Both the position numbers and the translations under genes were made by a program. Positions 24,813 to 38,920 of a DNA stretch of 64,000 bases are shown piece after piece. Source of the DNA: Octopus vulgaris (taxonomy: Eukaryota); contig OX597817.1 of NCBI GenBank assembly GCA_951406725.2, forward strand, positions 162,440,001-162,504,000, written 5' to 3'. How positions within the stretch are numbered: position 1 is the stretch's first letter; the number at the start of each line of letters is the position of its first letter. The notes under the pieces are model-generated. The model ran no database searches. It saw nothing but the letters and a program-made list of their open reading frames with translations, and was not told the DNA's origin.

Positions 24813-25405
24813 TACTTAATGCTAATCATGTTAATTTTGAACTAGCCATCTTATGACCAAAAGCATTCCAGCCATGACCATTCCATTTATGTTTTGTTTT
24901 GTTTTTGCTTAGGTATGAAATTGCTGGACCAGGTGATGAAAGTTTGAGTAGGTCATAGTTCAGCTCATTAGGAAGAGAGTTAGTTAAAGTGAGATGCAGT
25001 TTGGTTTTCTGCATAATCAGGGTTGATCTAGATTTAACCCTTTAGCATTTAAACTGACCATATCCAGCCATTATCTTGAAAGTGGTCAGGTCTGGCCTCT
25101 CACACTTACCCTACAATATTATTCTTAAAATAAACAATCATGTCATTGAAATCTCAATACTACAAGGTAATGCATGACTAATTGATATGAATGGGAATAA
25201 ATAAGCCTTACATTTGACAGAGAAGCTGAATGTTAAAGGATTAAACACAATGGTGTAGATGAGGATGGGAGCAGGATGGGCAGTCCCCATGGGTGATGCT
25301 TTTATGGGGAAAGCCCATAGGGTGTACTGAAATAAAAGTATTTTAACTTTTTTTTTAATGTCAGGACATTACACAGCTTCCAATTCAGAGAATCTAGTTA
25401 ATAAT

Positions 25406-25500
<95 letters not shown>

Positions 25501-25501
25501 A

Positions 25502-25667
25502 GGTGTAGGAGTGGCTGTTTGGTAAGTAGCTTGCTTACGAACCACATGGTTCTAGGTTCAGTCCCACTGCGTGGCAACTTGGGCAAGTGTCTTGTGAGTG
25601 GATTTGGTAGACAGAAACTGAAAGAAGCCCGTCAAGCCTGTCGTATATACATATGTATATATATATA

Positions 25668-25720
<53 letters not shown>

Positions 25721-25942
25721 GGGTGTATATGCTTGTGTGTCTGTGTTTGTCCCCCCCAACATCGCGTGACAACCAATGCTGGTGTGTTTACATCCCCGTA
25801 ACTTAGCGGTTCAGCAAAAGAGACCGATAGAATAAGTACTAGGCTTACAAAGAATAAGTCCTGGGGTCGATTTGCTCGACTAAAGGCGGTGCTCCAGCAT
25901 GGCTCCAGTCAAATGACTGAAACAAGTAAAAGAATAAAAGAG
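25502..25942 (+). mobile_element. SINE family A with an internal deletion
   Basis: same head and tail as 6706-7124; preceded by a long (TA)n. Confidence 0.88.
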
Positions 25943-26984
25943 ACCCTAAAATGTTTATGAACTGGAAAATTAACAATTAATAACATTTCACAAATGAAAA
26001 CTAAAAGCAAAATGTCTTTTTTTTATTTTGCTTAGTAATCAATAAACAAAAGAATAAAAATAAAAATAAAAATGATGTAATAAATAAATAAATAAATAAA
26101 TAAATCCTGCAAATTGTACTTTCTGAAGTAGCAGAGAAGGTAAACAGACAAATAATCAAGTCATTAGCCAATCAATCACGCAAGGAAGGAAACAACATTA
26201 ATAATATATTCTACATAAATGCTAAATGCATTCTGAACTTATAAATAATCTTTATAAACACTATGTATGGTTTAACATACTAAACACTTTGGTATCTACG
26301 GTATTGGTAATAGTATTCCATATTATTCTACTTAATTAAACTATAACCCAATCTTGTTTCTGACTTGTTTTAACAAGATCTGTTCACATGGCATCTGAAA
26401 CATTTTACAGAATTTGTTTCAGAAAAGCAGTCAAACAGGTTTTAAGAAGGTACAATTAATGGCAGTCCTAACAATTTCCTTGATTGATTTGGTGGATTTT
26501 TTTTTTTTTTGTGTGTTCTTTTTCTCTCTTCGATAGGTTTCAGACATGCTCGGATTGCAGCCATGCTGGATTACTGCCTTCTGGAGTTTTATTTTATTAT
26601 TTCGTTTTATTGTAATATTAGCCTCAGATTTTTTTGTGTCTGATATTTATTTTATCGATCTCATGAGGATAAAAATCAAAGTGAGCTTCAGCATAAAGTA
26701 ATGCAACTAAATACCACGGAGTGAAATGAGACAATTGGGAGCAGCTGTTTGGATGCTGGCGACTTGGCATGGCAGACTGGATGTAGAATCTGCTTCAGTG
26801 ACAGTGTTTTTTTGGCACTAAATGCAAACACACACTCATGCACACATAAATATACACAGAAAGAAAAAGAGATGGAGAGAAAGAGAGAGCAGGAGAGAGA
26901 GAGAGAGAGATTATAATTTCTTAACTGAACACGGTTGACATGGGAATTCTCACACACATAAACACCATAAACACACAGAGGAGG

Positions 26985-27270
26985 AGGAGGAGGAGGAGAA
27001 CGACGACGGCACAACAATGACGACGACACAACAATGACGACGACACAATGATGACGATGATACAACGATGACGACGACACGACGATGACGACGACACGAC
27101 AATGACGACGACACGACGATGACGACGACACGACGACACAACAACGATGATGACGACACAACGATGACGAAGACACGACAACGATGACGACAACACAACA
27201 ATGATTATGACGAAGGCACGACAACAATTACAACGACACAACAATGATTACGATGACAATGACGACAATG
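26985..27270. repeat. (GAC/GAT)-rich complex repeat
   Basis: ACACGACGATGACGACG-type units. Confidence 0.85.
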
Positions 27271-27461
27271 AGAGAAGCTATAAAATGAGTGAAACATGAA
27301 AATATCTGATGACAAATAAATCAGCATCATATCAACAATTCCAAAAAGGTGCTACCAAAATGGCTGTGACAAAATGTCTCTTATTCACCAAAGGTTGTCA
27401 AACGTGTTTGAATTCCCCCACCATCACTCCCACACACACACACACACACACCATCACCACC

Positions 27462-27493
<32 letters not shown>

Positions 27494-27589
27494 CAATTGC
27501 CACCACTGCTGTCATCATTGTCATCGTCATCCTTATTTAACATCGATGTCTCTATGCCAACAGGATCTGACAGGTGTGAGGACCACATA

Positions 27590-27889
27590 ATGCTCTCGTG
27601 TCTGATTTAGCATGGTTTCTACACATAAAAAGCACCATCAGAATGTGGACGATGCCAGCGCCGCCGCCTTGACTGGCTTCCATGCTGGTGGCACGTAAAA
27701 AGCACCAACCAATCGAGGCCGCTGCCAGCCTCCCCTGGCACCTGTGCCGGTGGCATGTAAAAAGCACCTACTACACTCACGGAGTGGTTGGCAGTAGGAA
27801 GGGCATCCAGCTGTAGAAACACTGCCAGATCAGACTGGACCCTGGTGCATGGAAAATGGACGGTAAACGATGATGATGATGATGATGAT
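27590..27889 (+). mobile_element. RTE-tail retroposon (family B)
   Basis: family B core with (GAT)n tail. Confidence 0.8.
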
Positions 27890-28165
27890 GAGTTTTCTTT
27901 CTCTAACATTTTACAGAGTCCAACCTACCTGAGTTAATGTGTGAAAAACAAAATAAGAATTTCGAAAGAAGTTTCTATAAAACTTGATTTTAAACATACA
28001 TCAAATGGCTATATGGGTCCACCAGAATAAAATAGTAATCAAAGGGTCTATAGATAAAAAAATAGTTGAGAACCCCTGATCTACAGCAATGAGGACATGT
28101 TGTAACAGGAGTACAAGGAGATAGGACATTTGAGCTTGAGATAGTACAAATGTTCTTGAATTTAC

Positions 28166-28197
28166 CTCGACATAGTTAAACTGCTGCCATTCAACAT
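28166..28197 (-). CDS. candidate first coding exon of the ABCG gene (MLNGSSLTMS)
   Basis: ATG TTG AAT GGC AGC AGT TTA ACT ATG TCG AG|GTaaat; phase-2 donor matches the phase-2 acceptor at 18545; in-frame TAG about 30 nt upstream; no homology support, could be chance. Confidence 0.35.
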
Positions 28198-30232
28198 GAC
28201 ATGTATACAGAGGGTAAAATATATAGCCTACTGCATCTGAGGTACGTCATCAGGTGCCTAAACTGTCCAACGACAACAACAGCAAAAAACTTGGTTTTAC
28301 ATCTAGCAACATCACAATAAAGTTCACCAGTTTCAAGTAACAAGCATTAAGCAGATCTGGTTGCTTGAACTGGCGTGGCACCTCCCCCCCCCCCATCCAT
28401 ACTAATTCTCTCTTTCTCTTCGATGAGCTGATAGGAAGACCCTTTGAGGTGTGAAGCGTGGGGGTGGGTGATGGATTTAAACATTCAGCATAAAACTTTT
28501 GTAATGTTAACAGAAATTCTGGATAGGGTAAATAGCCAACACATCAACATGTAAGAGATATAAAGTAAAAGAATAAAAAAAAAAAAGAGTAAAAATAAAC
28601 GAATAAATTAACAAAAAAAAAAATACTGATAATTTCAAAAGTAAATGTAGGAAATATAGCTGGAAATAGTCAAGTATTGTAATCAGGTGTATGTCACATC
28701 ACGACACAGCACAAGAATTATTCCACATAAAGAGACACCATCAAATTGTTTGCTTCACTCCAAAAGTCAGTTTAATGACTCTGTTTGGGGAGTGGGAGAG
28801 ACAGAGAGGTGGGGAGATGCAGGGAAGAGAGAGAGAGAGAGAGAGGGAAAAAGAGAAAGAGAGATGTACAACAACCACTATTACAACAAGAAACACTAAA
28901 AGATCACTTTACATTCTAAATACTCTCCAGGAACAACAACAACAACAACAACAACAGGATGATGATGCTAACAAAAAAAAAGGTCAGTAAAAAGGATAAA
29001 TGGGAGGTTAGGAGTGGTTGGTTCTATAAAATGGTCATTTTACTAACTGATGATATTATTGGACCGATAATGTCAAAAGGTGGGATAATGGTAAAGTGCT
29101 TGGTTGTAGGGGGAGTTGAGTGCCGGATGGACTATACTTGATAATAATTTGATGAGTTGTTTGGTGACTCAAAGAGTTCTGGTTTCAAATCATGCTGTTG
29201 CTGAGATGACATTTTTTTTATGACTTTTAATTCCTCTCAGATCAAATGACACATTGGCTACTAATCCACCTGAAACTACTCCTAGTTCTGTGATACAAAC
29301 TTTGTTTTAAAGTGATCGGTAGGAGGAATATTCAGCAATCACCTGATATCATGATTCACTAGAATATTGCCCATGTGATCAACAAAATTTGACCAATCAC
29401 AACTTTGCATCAAATAGGCTTCAACAATCATCATCATCATCATCATCATCGTTTAACATTCGCTTTCCATGCTAGCATGAATTGGACGATTTTGACTGAG
29501 GGCTGGCAAACCAGATGGCTTCACCAGGCTCCAATCTTGATCTGGCAGAGTTTCTACAGCTGGATGCCCTTCCTAACGCCAACCACTCCGAGAGTATAGT
29601 GGATGCTTTTTACGTGCCACCGGCACAAGGGCCAGTCAGCTGGTGCTGGCAATGACCTCCTCTTTTTTTTTGTCTTTCAGTGCGATTCATTCTGAGCTTA
29701 TCAAGCAGTACAAAGTCAGTAGATCACAAATACTAGACAGAGAGCTTTCAACAGAGATGGCTGACAACACAAAGGCAATGAACAACATTGCAAGTCTGAA
29801 AGTAGTCAGCAAGCAACTAACCACACTTTAACTGCTTCTACAACTACACCAAGGACGAAATCTCTCACAATGTTTTGTTGTTCATAGTAATGACAATTAT
29901 TATTTGTTGCGTACGAAAAGAATAAATTGTTGTTTATCAAAACCTCAACAGATTCCTGTATTTCTTTCTGTACTGATCTACATTTAAACCTATCAAAATT
30001 TCCATGTGAATTTATGTTAATAAATGCATTGGACACACCCAACTCATGAAAGTATAGAAAAATGGGCATAAAATGGTGATTGCATTTGTGATCAAGTATC
30101 AACTTCACATGGTTCAGCATTCTGAAAGCCTGACAGAAACAAAGAATTGAAACATTATAAAAATCAATGAACGAAGATCAATGTATCCATTTGTCCCCAC
30201 TAGAAAGAATAAATAAATATAACAGAGATAAT

Positions 30233-30540
30233 CACGTGATCATGTGACCGACCAGGCTATCAGATGTTGCTCCACATTGCTGGTCACAATGCGCTTCACG
30301 TTGTTTTAGCCTTCAAATGACACCACCCTGCTGGCTAAGCGAGCAGGCCAACATAAGAAAGAGTGAGAGAAAGTTGTGGTGAAAAGTACAGCAGGGATCG
30401 CCGCCACCCCCTGCCAGAGCCTTGTAGAGCTTTAGGTGTTTTCGCTCAATAAACACTCACAATGCCTGGTCTGGGAATTGAAACCACGATCCTACAACTG
30501 CAAGTCCACTGCCCTAACCACCAGGCCATTGCACCTCCAG
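30233..30540 (-). mobile_element. SINE with family D head and a different tail
   Basis: 13-bp TSD TAACAGAGATAAT (30220-30232, 30541-30553); head homologous to ~20207-20395. Confidence 0.88.
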
Positions 30541-31219
30541 TAACAGAGATAATAGAGTCCTGTAAAAAATTCTGTACATGACAATAAACTGGCCAAATGC
30601 CAGTTTCAAATTTTGGTACAAGACCATCGATTGAGGGGGGGGGCATTAAGTTGATTACATTGGCGTCAGTGCTCAACTGATACTTATTTTATCAGCACCA
30701 TAAGGATGAAAAGCAATATCGACCTGAGCAGGATATGAACTCAGAACGTAAAGATGGATGAAATGCCACTAAGTATTTTGCCTGACATGCTAACAATACT
30801 GCCAGGTTGCTGTCATACAAACTCTACAAACTGAATGAGCTGATTTATCTAACAGCAGTGGTAGCAGAATGGACAGAGCCTGATCTTAACAGAAATAGAC
30901 TCTTGACTAAGTACCACTAAGCCAAAATGAAAAGAAAAGAAGTAATAAAGGAAAGAAACCTTTTAGTGAATAAGGATTTGATTAAACTGGAAAAAAATTC
31001 TGCCTTCAGTTCTTTTGATCATCTTCACTTCAACCACTTTTACCAGAGTGACCAGACTGGAATGAGATGATTGGGTGCTCTGTCTTGACACTGATAATTT
31101 GGCATGGCTGGCTGGATGATCAGCTTGTTTTGGCGACAGTAATGTTCTGACACTGAAAGCAAACACACATATACATACACATGAATGTGCACACAGAAAT
31201 ATACACATACAGCTGCAGA

Positions 31220-31276
<57 letters not shown>

Positions 31277-31783
31277 TAAAATATCTGATGTTAAATAAGT
31301 CAACATCAAATTAGCAATGTTAAATAAGCTGCAACAAAACTGCAGCTCCAAAACATCGCATACCCCCACCAGACAGTGGAAAATTGCCAGCCTTTCCTAT
31401 TTAAAGGAACGTGACAAGACATTCATTAAATGAGCACTCAGTGCTATATAAACCCACTGATCAACCATGTTTTGACAGAGTGAGTGCATATAGAATGGTT
31501 TCACCATTCTGGCCACATCTCAGGACAGGCCCAGCTGACAGCATTTCCATACCTGTTGAGCTTGACTTGAACCAACAACTACCCTCTAAGGACACTTAAG
31601 TTTTCATTAAGAACATTCCCAACACTGCTTCTTTATAGAGGAACTTTCATTGGGTACATTCCAGATGCCACACACCCAGACTTAGTCTTGATTTGACCCA
31701 TCACTGCTGCTCTCTCTCAAAGGGATGAGCAGTGGAGAACCATTCCTAACAAAAAGAGACTACACCTACAAAGCCACAATGGT

Positions 31784-32497
31784 CAAAGATATTGGGGACA
31801 GGACAAAGGCAAAATACAAAAGAAAAATGGTTACTAAAATAGGAAAACACTACTGATTCTGAAATACAAAAGCACCGACAATTCTTGGAACTAAAGAACT
31901 AACTTATTGGCAATCAAGCCAATGGTATACATTTGTACATTATATCAAGCTGCATGCTCTTGTTATGCAGATAAATTCACAGACAGGACATTGGCTAGCC
32001 CAGGGCTATAGTAGAAAACACCAAAGATGCCATGCAGTGGGACTGAACCTGAAACCATGTGGTTGCAAAAAAAGCTTTTTTTAACCACACAACCATTATT
32101 GAAGAACTATTTTACTTTTTTCATCATCATAATCATCATCATTGTTTAACATCCGCTTTCCATGCTGGCATGGGTTGGACAGTCTGACTGAGGACTGGCA
32201 AGTCAGAAGGCTGTACCAGGTTCCAATCTGGTCTGGCAAGGTTTCTGCAGCTGGATGCCCTGCCTAACGCCAACCACTCTGAGAGTGTAGTGGGTGCCCA
32301 ATATCTGTCCCCAATATCTGCCAAAGATACTGGGGACATAACAAAGGCAAAATACAAAAGAAAAATGGTTACTAAAATAGGAAAACACTACAGATTCTGA
32401 AATACAAAAGCGTCGACAATTCTTGGAACTAAAGAACTAACTTATTGGCAATCAAGCCAATGGTATACATTTGTACACTATATCAAGCTGCATGCTC
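31784..32497. repeat. 176-bp direct duplication (31784-31959 / 32322-32497) around retroposon fragments
   Basis: near-identical copies; foldback filler at 32298-32320. Confidence 0.9.
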
Positions 32498-33944
32498 ATT
32501 TTGATGAAAAAAATGTCTTACTTGAGGGAAAAAGTGGTGGTGAAAAGGGATACAAAGTTATAAAGAGCAGCTCCTGGTAGACTGGACAATTATTGAGAAC
32601 AGCAAGAAGTGGAGCAAAATTAATTTATAGCATGGTGCCGATTGATTACTGAAGAGTATTTGATTGTATGCCATACTGTTAGATGTTGAAGACACTACAA
32701 ATAAATACAGCAGCTATAATTTAAAAGTAGTTTATCAACCATGACATGTCAACAGAGAAAGTAACTACTGTATCACTGTAAAGCAAGAAGATGAGAGAAA
32801 TCGCCCTTAACTCTTTTGCTTCTATTATTCTGTTGAAACACAGAGCCTTTGCTTCAATCAATTTCGAAAATAATAATAATAAAACTTAGTAAAATAATGT
32901 AAGCATCGTTAATCTAGTGTTGAAGGCAGTGAGCTGGCAGAATTATTAGTGTCAGATGAAATATACAGCAGCATCTCTTCATGCTCTTTATGTTCTGAGT
33001 TCAAATTCTGCCATTGTCAACTTGGCCTTTTATCATTTCAGGGTCAATAAAATAAGTACCAGCTGAGCACTGGGGTCAATGTAATCAACTAAACCCCTCC
33101 CCTAGAACCACTGGCCTTGTGCCAAAATGTTTACTCTTTTACTTTCTTTTACTTGTTTCAGTCATTTGACTGTGACTATGCTGGAGCACCGCCTTTAGTT
33201 GAACAAATCGCCCCCCCCCCCCCGGACTTATTCTTTGTAAGCATAGTACTTATTCTATCGGTCTCTTTTGCCGAACCACTAAGTTACAGAGACGTATACA
33301 CACCACCATTGGTTGTAATGCAATGTTGGGGGGGGGGGACAAACACAGAGACACAAACATATATTTACACGCACACACCTGTATTTGTGTTCAAATATAT
33401 GCCACTGGCCACTCTATTTCTCTTAGCTTATTTTTGCTTAAATTATGCAAACTACTCTGTTTTGTATATGTTCAATTCCTTTGGCTACAGAAGATAAGGT
33501 AAGATAATTATCATGCTGGTAACAGTTATTGAGTAAGAAACATGCCAACTACTGTCCCTCTATCCCCAGGCATTAAGCCTGTCCTTTTCTTTAATAGCAT
33601 GACAACTTCGGCAAATTCTTGTCTCTTGAGATTATATGCCTTTCTTGAATGGAGCTGGTTTAAATTTCCATTTGGTAACTATAAAGCAGCCTCTAGAGGT
33701 GGAGATAATTTTAATAAATCAAGAATTTATATTGTATGGTATTTGATATATCTTTATCTAAATATGACAGTGGCCTGGTTATGATAATCTGGAACATATC
33801 TGTCCAAACTGTCAAAACAACCTGTCCAGTTGTCAAAATCAAAATGTGACTCTGGTAGACATCTCAACCTCTTCTAACCAAAATATTACACAAAAAACAA
33901 TCAAAAACTATTTCAAAATACTAGGTATGAAAGCAGTGCCATCA

Positions 33945-34136
33945 CTTGGTTGTAGGTACCAAGCTTGGTTGTAGGTACCCAGCTTGGTTGTAGGTACCAA
34001 GCTTGGTTGTAGGTACCAAGCTTGGTTGTAGGTACCAAGCTTGGTTGTAGGTACCAAGCTTGGTTGTAAGTACCAAGCTTAGTTGTAAGTACCAAGCTTG
34101 GTTGTAGGTACCAAGCTTGGTCGTAAGTACCAAGCT
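33945..34136. repeat. 19-bp minisatellite with a palindromic core, ~10 units
   Basis: GTACCAAGCTTGGTTGTAG; ACCAAGCTTGGT is self-complementary. Confidence 0.95.
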
Positions 34137-34368
34137 TTCCCTAACTATTTTAGGATCCTATAATACTTGTGAGCAAACATCCTTGACGCATCATATAATC
34201 CACAAGCTGTGGCAGTGTGGTAAGAAGTTTGCTTCCCAACAACATGGATTTGGGTTCAGTCCCACTGTGAGGTACCATGGACAAGTGTCTTCTACAACAG
34301 ACCTAGGCCAACCAAAGCCTTGTGAGAGGATTTGACAAACAGAAACTAAAAGAAGCCCTTCATATGAA

Positions 34369-34410
<42 letters not shown>

Positions 34411-34767
34411 TCTCTCTTTCCTTGCCTTGACATCATGTGGTAGTTGTAAATAAGTGTCACTGTCATTTTTAACATTCCAAGAAAATATGTTTGGTTATGG
34501 GGAAATATTACCTTATTTGGAAAAAGATGAAGGTTGGTGACAAGAAAGGCATTGGACCATAGAAAATCCATCTCAAATTCTGTCTGACCCATGTAAGTAT
34601 GGAAAAGTAGACATTAAAACTATGATGAAAAAAAAAACCAGTGAAAGTAGAGAGGGTTGCACCAATAGTCAGCTGGTACTCAATTCAGCTGAATAGACAG
34701 GAATAACATAAAATGAAAGGCCTAGATCAAGAGCACAACATGCCACCTGGTCCAGGAACTGAACCTA

Positions 34768-35290
34768 CCGTAAATCCTCGAGTATAGTCTGCCCTTCAGT
34801 ATAATACATAGGGGATTTTTAGGGGGCTGTATTTTTGAAAAACCTAAACCTTGTGTATAATACGCACCCCTTCTCTAACTTGAGTCGTGCGTAATTAAGC
34901 CCACAGCACCTAGTCGAACAAACACTTCCGTGCATGTGTAATACAATAATGGTGATGTTCTTAACTGTTATATGGGAATGTAAATATGTTTGCAAATTGT
35001 TTTTGTTACATGTTATTTTGTGCTCTGAATACTTTTATTTTAATAAATGTTGCTTACTGTAAGTTATGGATGATTCTTTTATGACTTCATTGCTTTCAGG
35101 CTTAGCTTAAGGTATTTTCGTGCCCCGACATCACAAAATGCGTCTGAATAAACATTGCCGGACAGCAAATAGAGACTCGGACATTGCTTAGAAAATATTT
35201 TTCCTTTTTAACCTCGTATATAGTATGCACTAGGGATTTTGACCTTAAAATTTTGGGGAAAAAATGCGGATTATACTTGAGGATTTACAG
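34768..35290. mobile_element. pogo/Tigger-type MITE (inverted relative to 3952-4463)
   Basis: TA|CCGTAAATCCTCGAGTATA...TATACTTGAGGATTTACAG|TA. Confidence 0.85.
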
Positions 35291-38200
35291 TACATCTTAT
35301 GATTATAAGACCAATACCTTGATCACTGAGCCACATGCCTTCACAATCAATGCACTAAAAATAATGAACGACATGGACAAAAACATAAAAGCTAATTCAC
35401 AAATAAGGGATTTTTTTTGTTTAACCTTGCACACAGTTCCAAAAAATAACTCTGCTACTTACAGATAACACTCTATGCAAGGAATTTTCTTTTCTAGTCA
35501 ACATCATAACCCACACAGTACACTTTGTGCAAAATCACTACTCAAATCACTCGACTTGTTATCAAAAGCAGAAAGTGCATTTTATATTTGAAATGTAAAA
35601 CATATAAAAAATAGTGCATGCAAAATGTGCAACTATAAGGCAAGGTATCATTGAGGGAATGCATTTAATCACAGGTCACCAGGATTGTGGCTGACATGGG
35701 ACTACACAACAATATATCTTAACAGCTTGTCTCTTATTATATTCCAACATATTCTTATTTCTTTATTGCCCACAAGAGGCTAAACACAGAGGAGACAAAC
35801 AAGGACAGACAAAGGGTTTAAATTGATTACATCGACCCCAGTGTTAACTAGTACTTAATTTATCAACCCCGAAAGGATGAAAGGTAAAGTCGACCTCGGC
35901 GGAATTTGAACTCAGACCATACTAGAGACAGAAATACGACTAAAATCTGGACAGGCTATATAATATAAATGGTAGGAACATCCACTAAACACTAAAAAGA
36001 ATAGTATTTTTCAATAGCTTTTACAGAGATATAGCTGTCTGTCTGTCTGTCTGTCTGTCTTCCTATCTGTCTGTCTGTCCTAACAGCCAGGAAGGTCGAA
36101 TTAAATGTCTAGACATCACCATTACAGACAGAATGAGGAAGAAATGATACTGTGTTGATATATCCATCCCTTCTAACTAAAGACTGAAACACTTGCGGAG
36201 GAGTGGAGGTAGAGGATGAGCTGTCAAAATATAAAGGCCTAGAGATTGCAGAGAGAAGGATGGGTGAATGTAGAGGGGAGGGGGACAGTCCCTCCTATTA
36301 TAAAAAATGGCTCTTTAATGGGAGAGTTACAGCCGACTGATATGGGTGTCAGCCTTCAGACTGAGAAGTCAGTAGTTCAGATCACTTATCATTTGATGGC
36401 TCAGTAAACTCAGCTGTAAATAGGTAGATGGCATCATCATCATCATCATCATCATTTAACGTCTGCTTTCTATGCTGGCATGGGTTAGACAGTTTAACAG
36501 GAGCTGGCAAATCAGAGAGCCGTGCCAAGCTCTACTGTCTGCTTTCACATGGTTTCTACAGCTGGATGACTTTCTTAACACCAGCCACTTTCGAAGGGTA
36601 AAAACCCCCTTTGGTCATGAATGACCATGGAATTACACCTAGAAAGTTCCCCCACCAAGTAACAATTCTGGGCAAGGTTGTTTATGTAAGACCAGCAGTC
36701 GCCCATGCATACCAGCCTCGCCTCTACAAGTTATCCAAGAGAAAGGCAAAGGCCAATACAGCTTGGCACCAATGACGTCATTCCTCACTTCTACAGCTGA
36801 GTGAATTGGAGCAATGTGATATAAGGTGTCTTACTCAAGAACACAACACACAGACTGGTTCAAGAATTGAACTCACTACCTCAAGATTCTGAGCCCACTT
36901 TAATCCTTTAGTATTCAAATCAGCCATATCAGGCCCAAATATTCTGCCTGCTTGATGTCTAAACTGACCAGATCAGGCCTCTCACACCTACCTAACCTGC
37001 AATGTCATTCCAATCAGTTATAGGTAGGTTTGTAGTTACAACAGCTGGTGTGTCCACAACTACTATGCTGATTTATGCAGACTTAGTTTTAATTAAGCTT
37101 TCCACTCCCTATGGAGCAGAAGCCACAGATGAGTTTTCTCCATTGTTCTCAACTTTAGGTTGTCTTAAGGCCTTTCTCTGCTAAGTCTTGTTTCGAAGTC
37201 TTACTGATGCTTCTGTAATTTTGCGTTCTTCAAAATAGGAGTGCTGACCTTACACAAACCCATTTTTACCTTTAGAAAGAGGGGACCATATTAGTTTGGC
37301 CCCTATCCTTTCACCTGTCCAGCATGGGAAGCCTTACCAAGAGCTTGCACTCCACTAGCATAGCCCTCAAAAGGAGAGTTAGAGATATGAATATCAATTT
37401 GAGATATGAATATCAATTTGAGATATGAATATCAATCATCATCATCATAGTTCAACATCCGTTTTCCATGCTATCATGGGCCGGACGGTTCGACTGGGGT
37501 CTGGGAAGTGAGGAGGCTGCACCAGGCTCCGGTCTGATCTGGCAGTGTTTCTACAGCTGGATGCCCTTCCTAACGACAACCACTCTGTGAGTGTAGTGGG
37601 TGCTTTTTACGTGCCACTGGCTCAGGGGCCAGTTTTGTTATTTAAGTAGTAGACTCATTAATTATAATAAATATTTTAGATTGATTGGAAATTATAAATT
37701 TCAGCAGCCTTTTGCATTTGGGTTTCTTATGTGATGTACATCAATTATGAGCATAACAAATGCATCCTTAGTTAAGGCCATATGTTTTTGCAGTTCAATA
37801 TCATAAAACATCCATGTGTGAACCCACAATGGAGTACAATTTTATATGCAGTCCTAAAATATTGACTTATTTTTATGCTATCATTTTCCAGTGACATATA
37901 TTCTTTACTTGTTTCAGTCATTTGACTGTGGCCATGCTGAAGCACTGCCTTTAGTCGAACAAATCGACCCCAGGACTTATTCTTTGTAAGCTTAATACAT
38001 ATTCTATTGGGCTCTCTAAGTTACGGGGACGTAAACACACCAGCATCGGTTGTCAAGTGATGGTAGGGGACAGACACAGACACAAACATACTCTTTTACT
38101 TGTTTTAGTCATTTGACTGCAGCCATGCTGGAGCACTGCTTGTAGTCAAACAAATCAACCCCAGGACTTATTCATTGTAAGCCTAATACTTAGTCTATTG

Positions 38201-38920
38201 GTCTCTTTTGCTGAACCGCTATGTTACGGGGACATAAACCGACTAGCATCAGTTGTCAAGCGATGGCGGGGGGACAAACACATACACACACACACACACA
38301 TGCATATATATATACGATGGGCTTTTTTCATTTTCCGTCTACCAAATCCACTCACAAGGCTTTGGTCGTCCCAAGGCTATAGTAGAAGACACTTGCCCAA
38401 GGTGCTACACAGTGGGACTGAACCCAGAACCATCTGGTTAGTAAGCAAGCTATTTACCACACAGCCACTCCTGCAACTATATACATAACATTTCCTACTG
38501 CATTTTCACCAGCTGTTTCATTGATCTTTTTGACATCTGTAACAGTCCATAAATGTGTTAACAGTTTGCCTTGATACCTACTTCATTATCACTGTCAAAA
38601 AAAAAAAAATGAAGTCTGTGCTCATTCAAATCCAAAATAGATCTTTCATACACATTACAACCTGGTTATCTTTAATTTTTCATGTTTGTTCAGAGCTAAG
38701 TAATCTCAACATTGCTTCTCTATATGTTATGGTCACATTGCTCTGAATAAATGAAAATAAGATTGAGCAGTGAGGACTCTTTTGTTTGCAGAGTAGAGGG
38801 CAGCTTCACAAGTGATGGTGACACTGTAAAATGGACCAAGTAAGCTCTATAAAGTGGTTGGTGAATAACTGGACACATCATAAGATTGAGAGGACCCTTT
38901 AGCTTTTATTTTGTCAAGCA

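Noticed and set aside
26351-26440. Two short hairpins as a pre-miRNA
   Set aside because: Stems are only 8-9 bp, expected by chance in AT-rich DNA
29643-30120. ORFs 29643-29831(+) and 29806-30120(-) as ABCG exons or a gene
   Set aside because: No recognisable motif or compatible donor; possibly a decayed transposase, but this is not supportable
33945-34136. CRISPR-like array (also considered for 18554-18801 and 50895-51132)
   Set aside because: Head-to-tail units with no unique spacers, no cas genes, eukaryotic context
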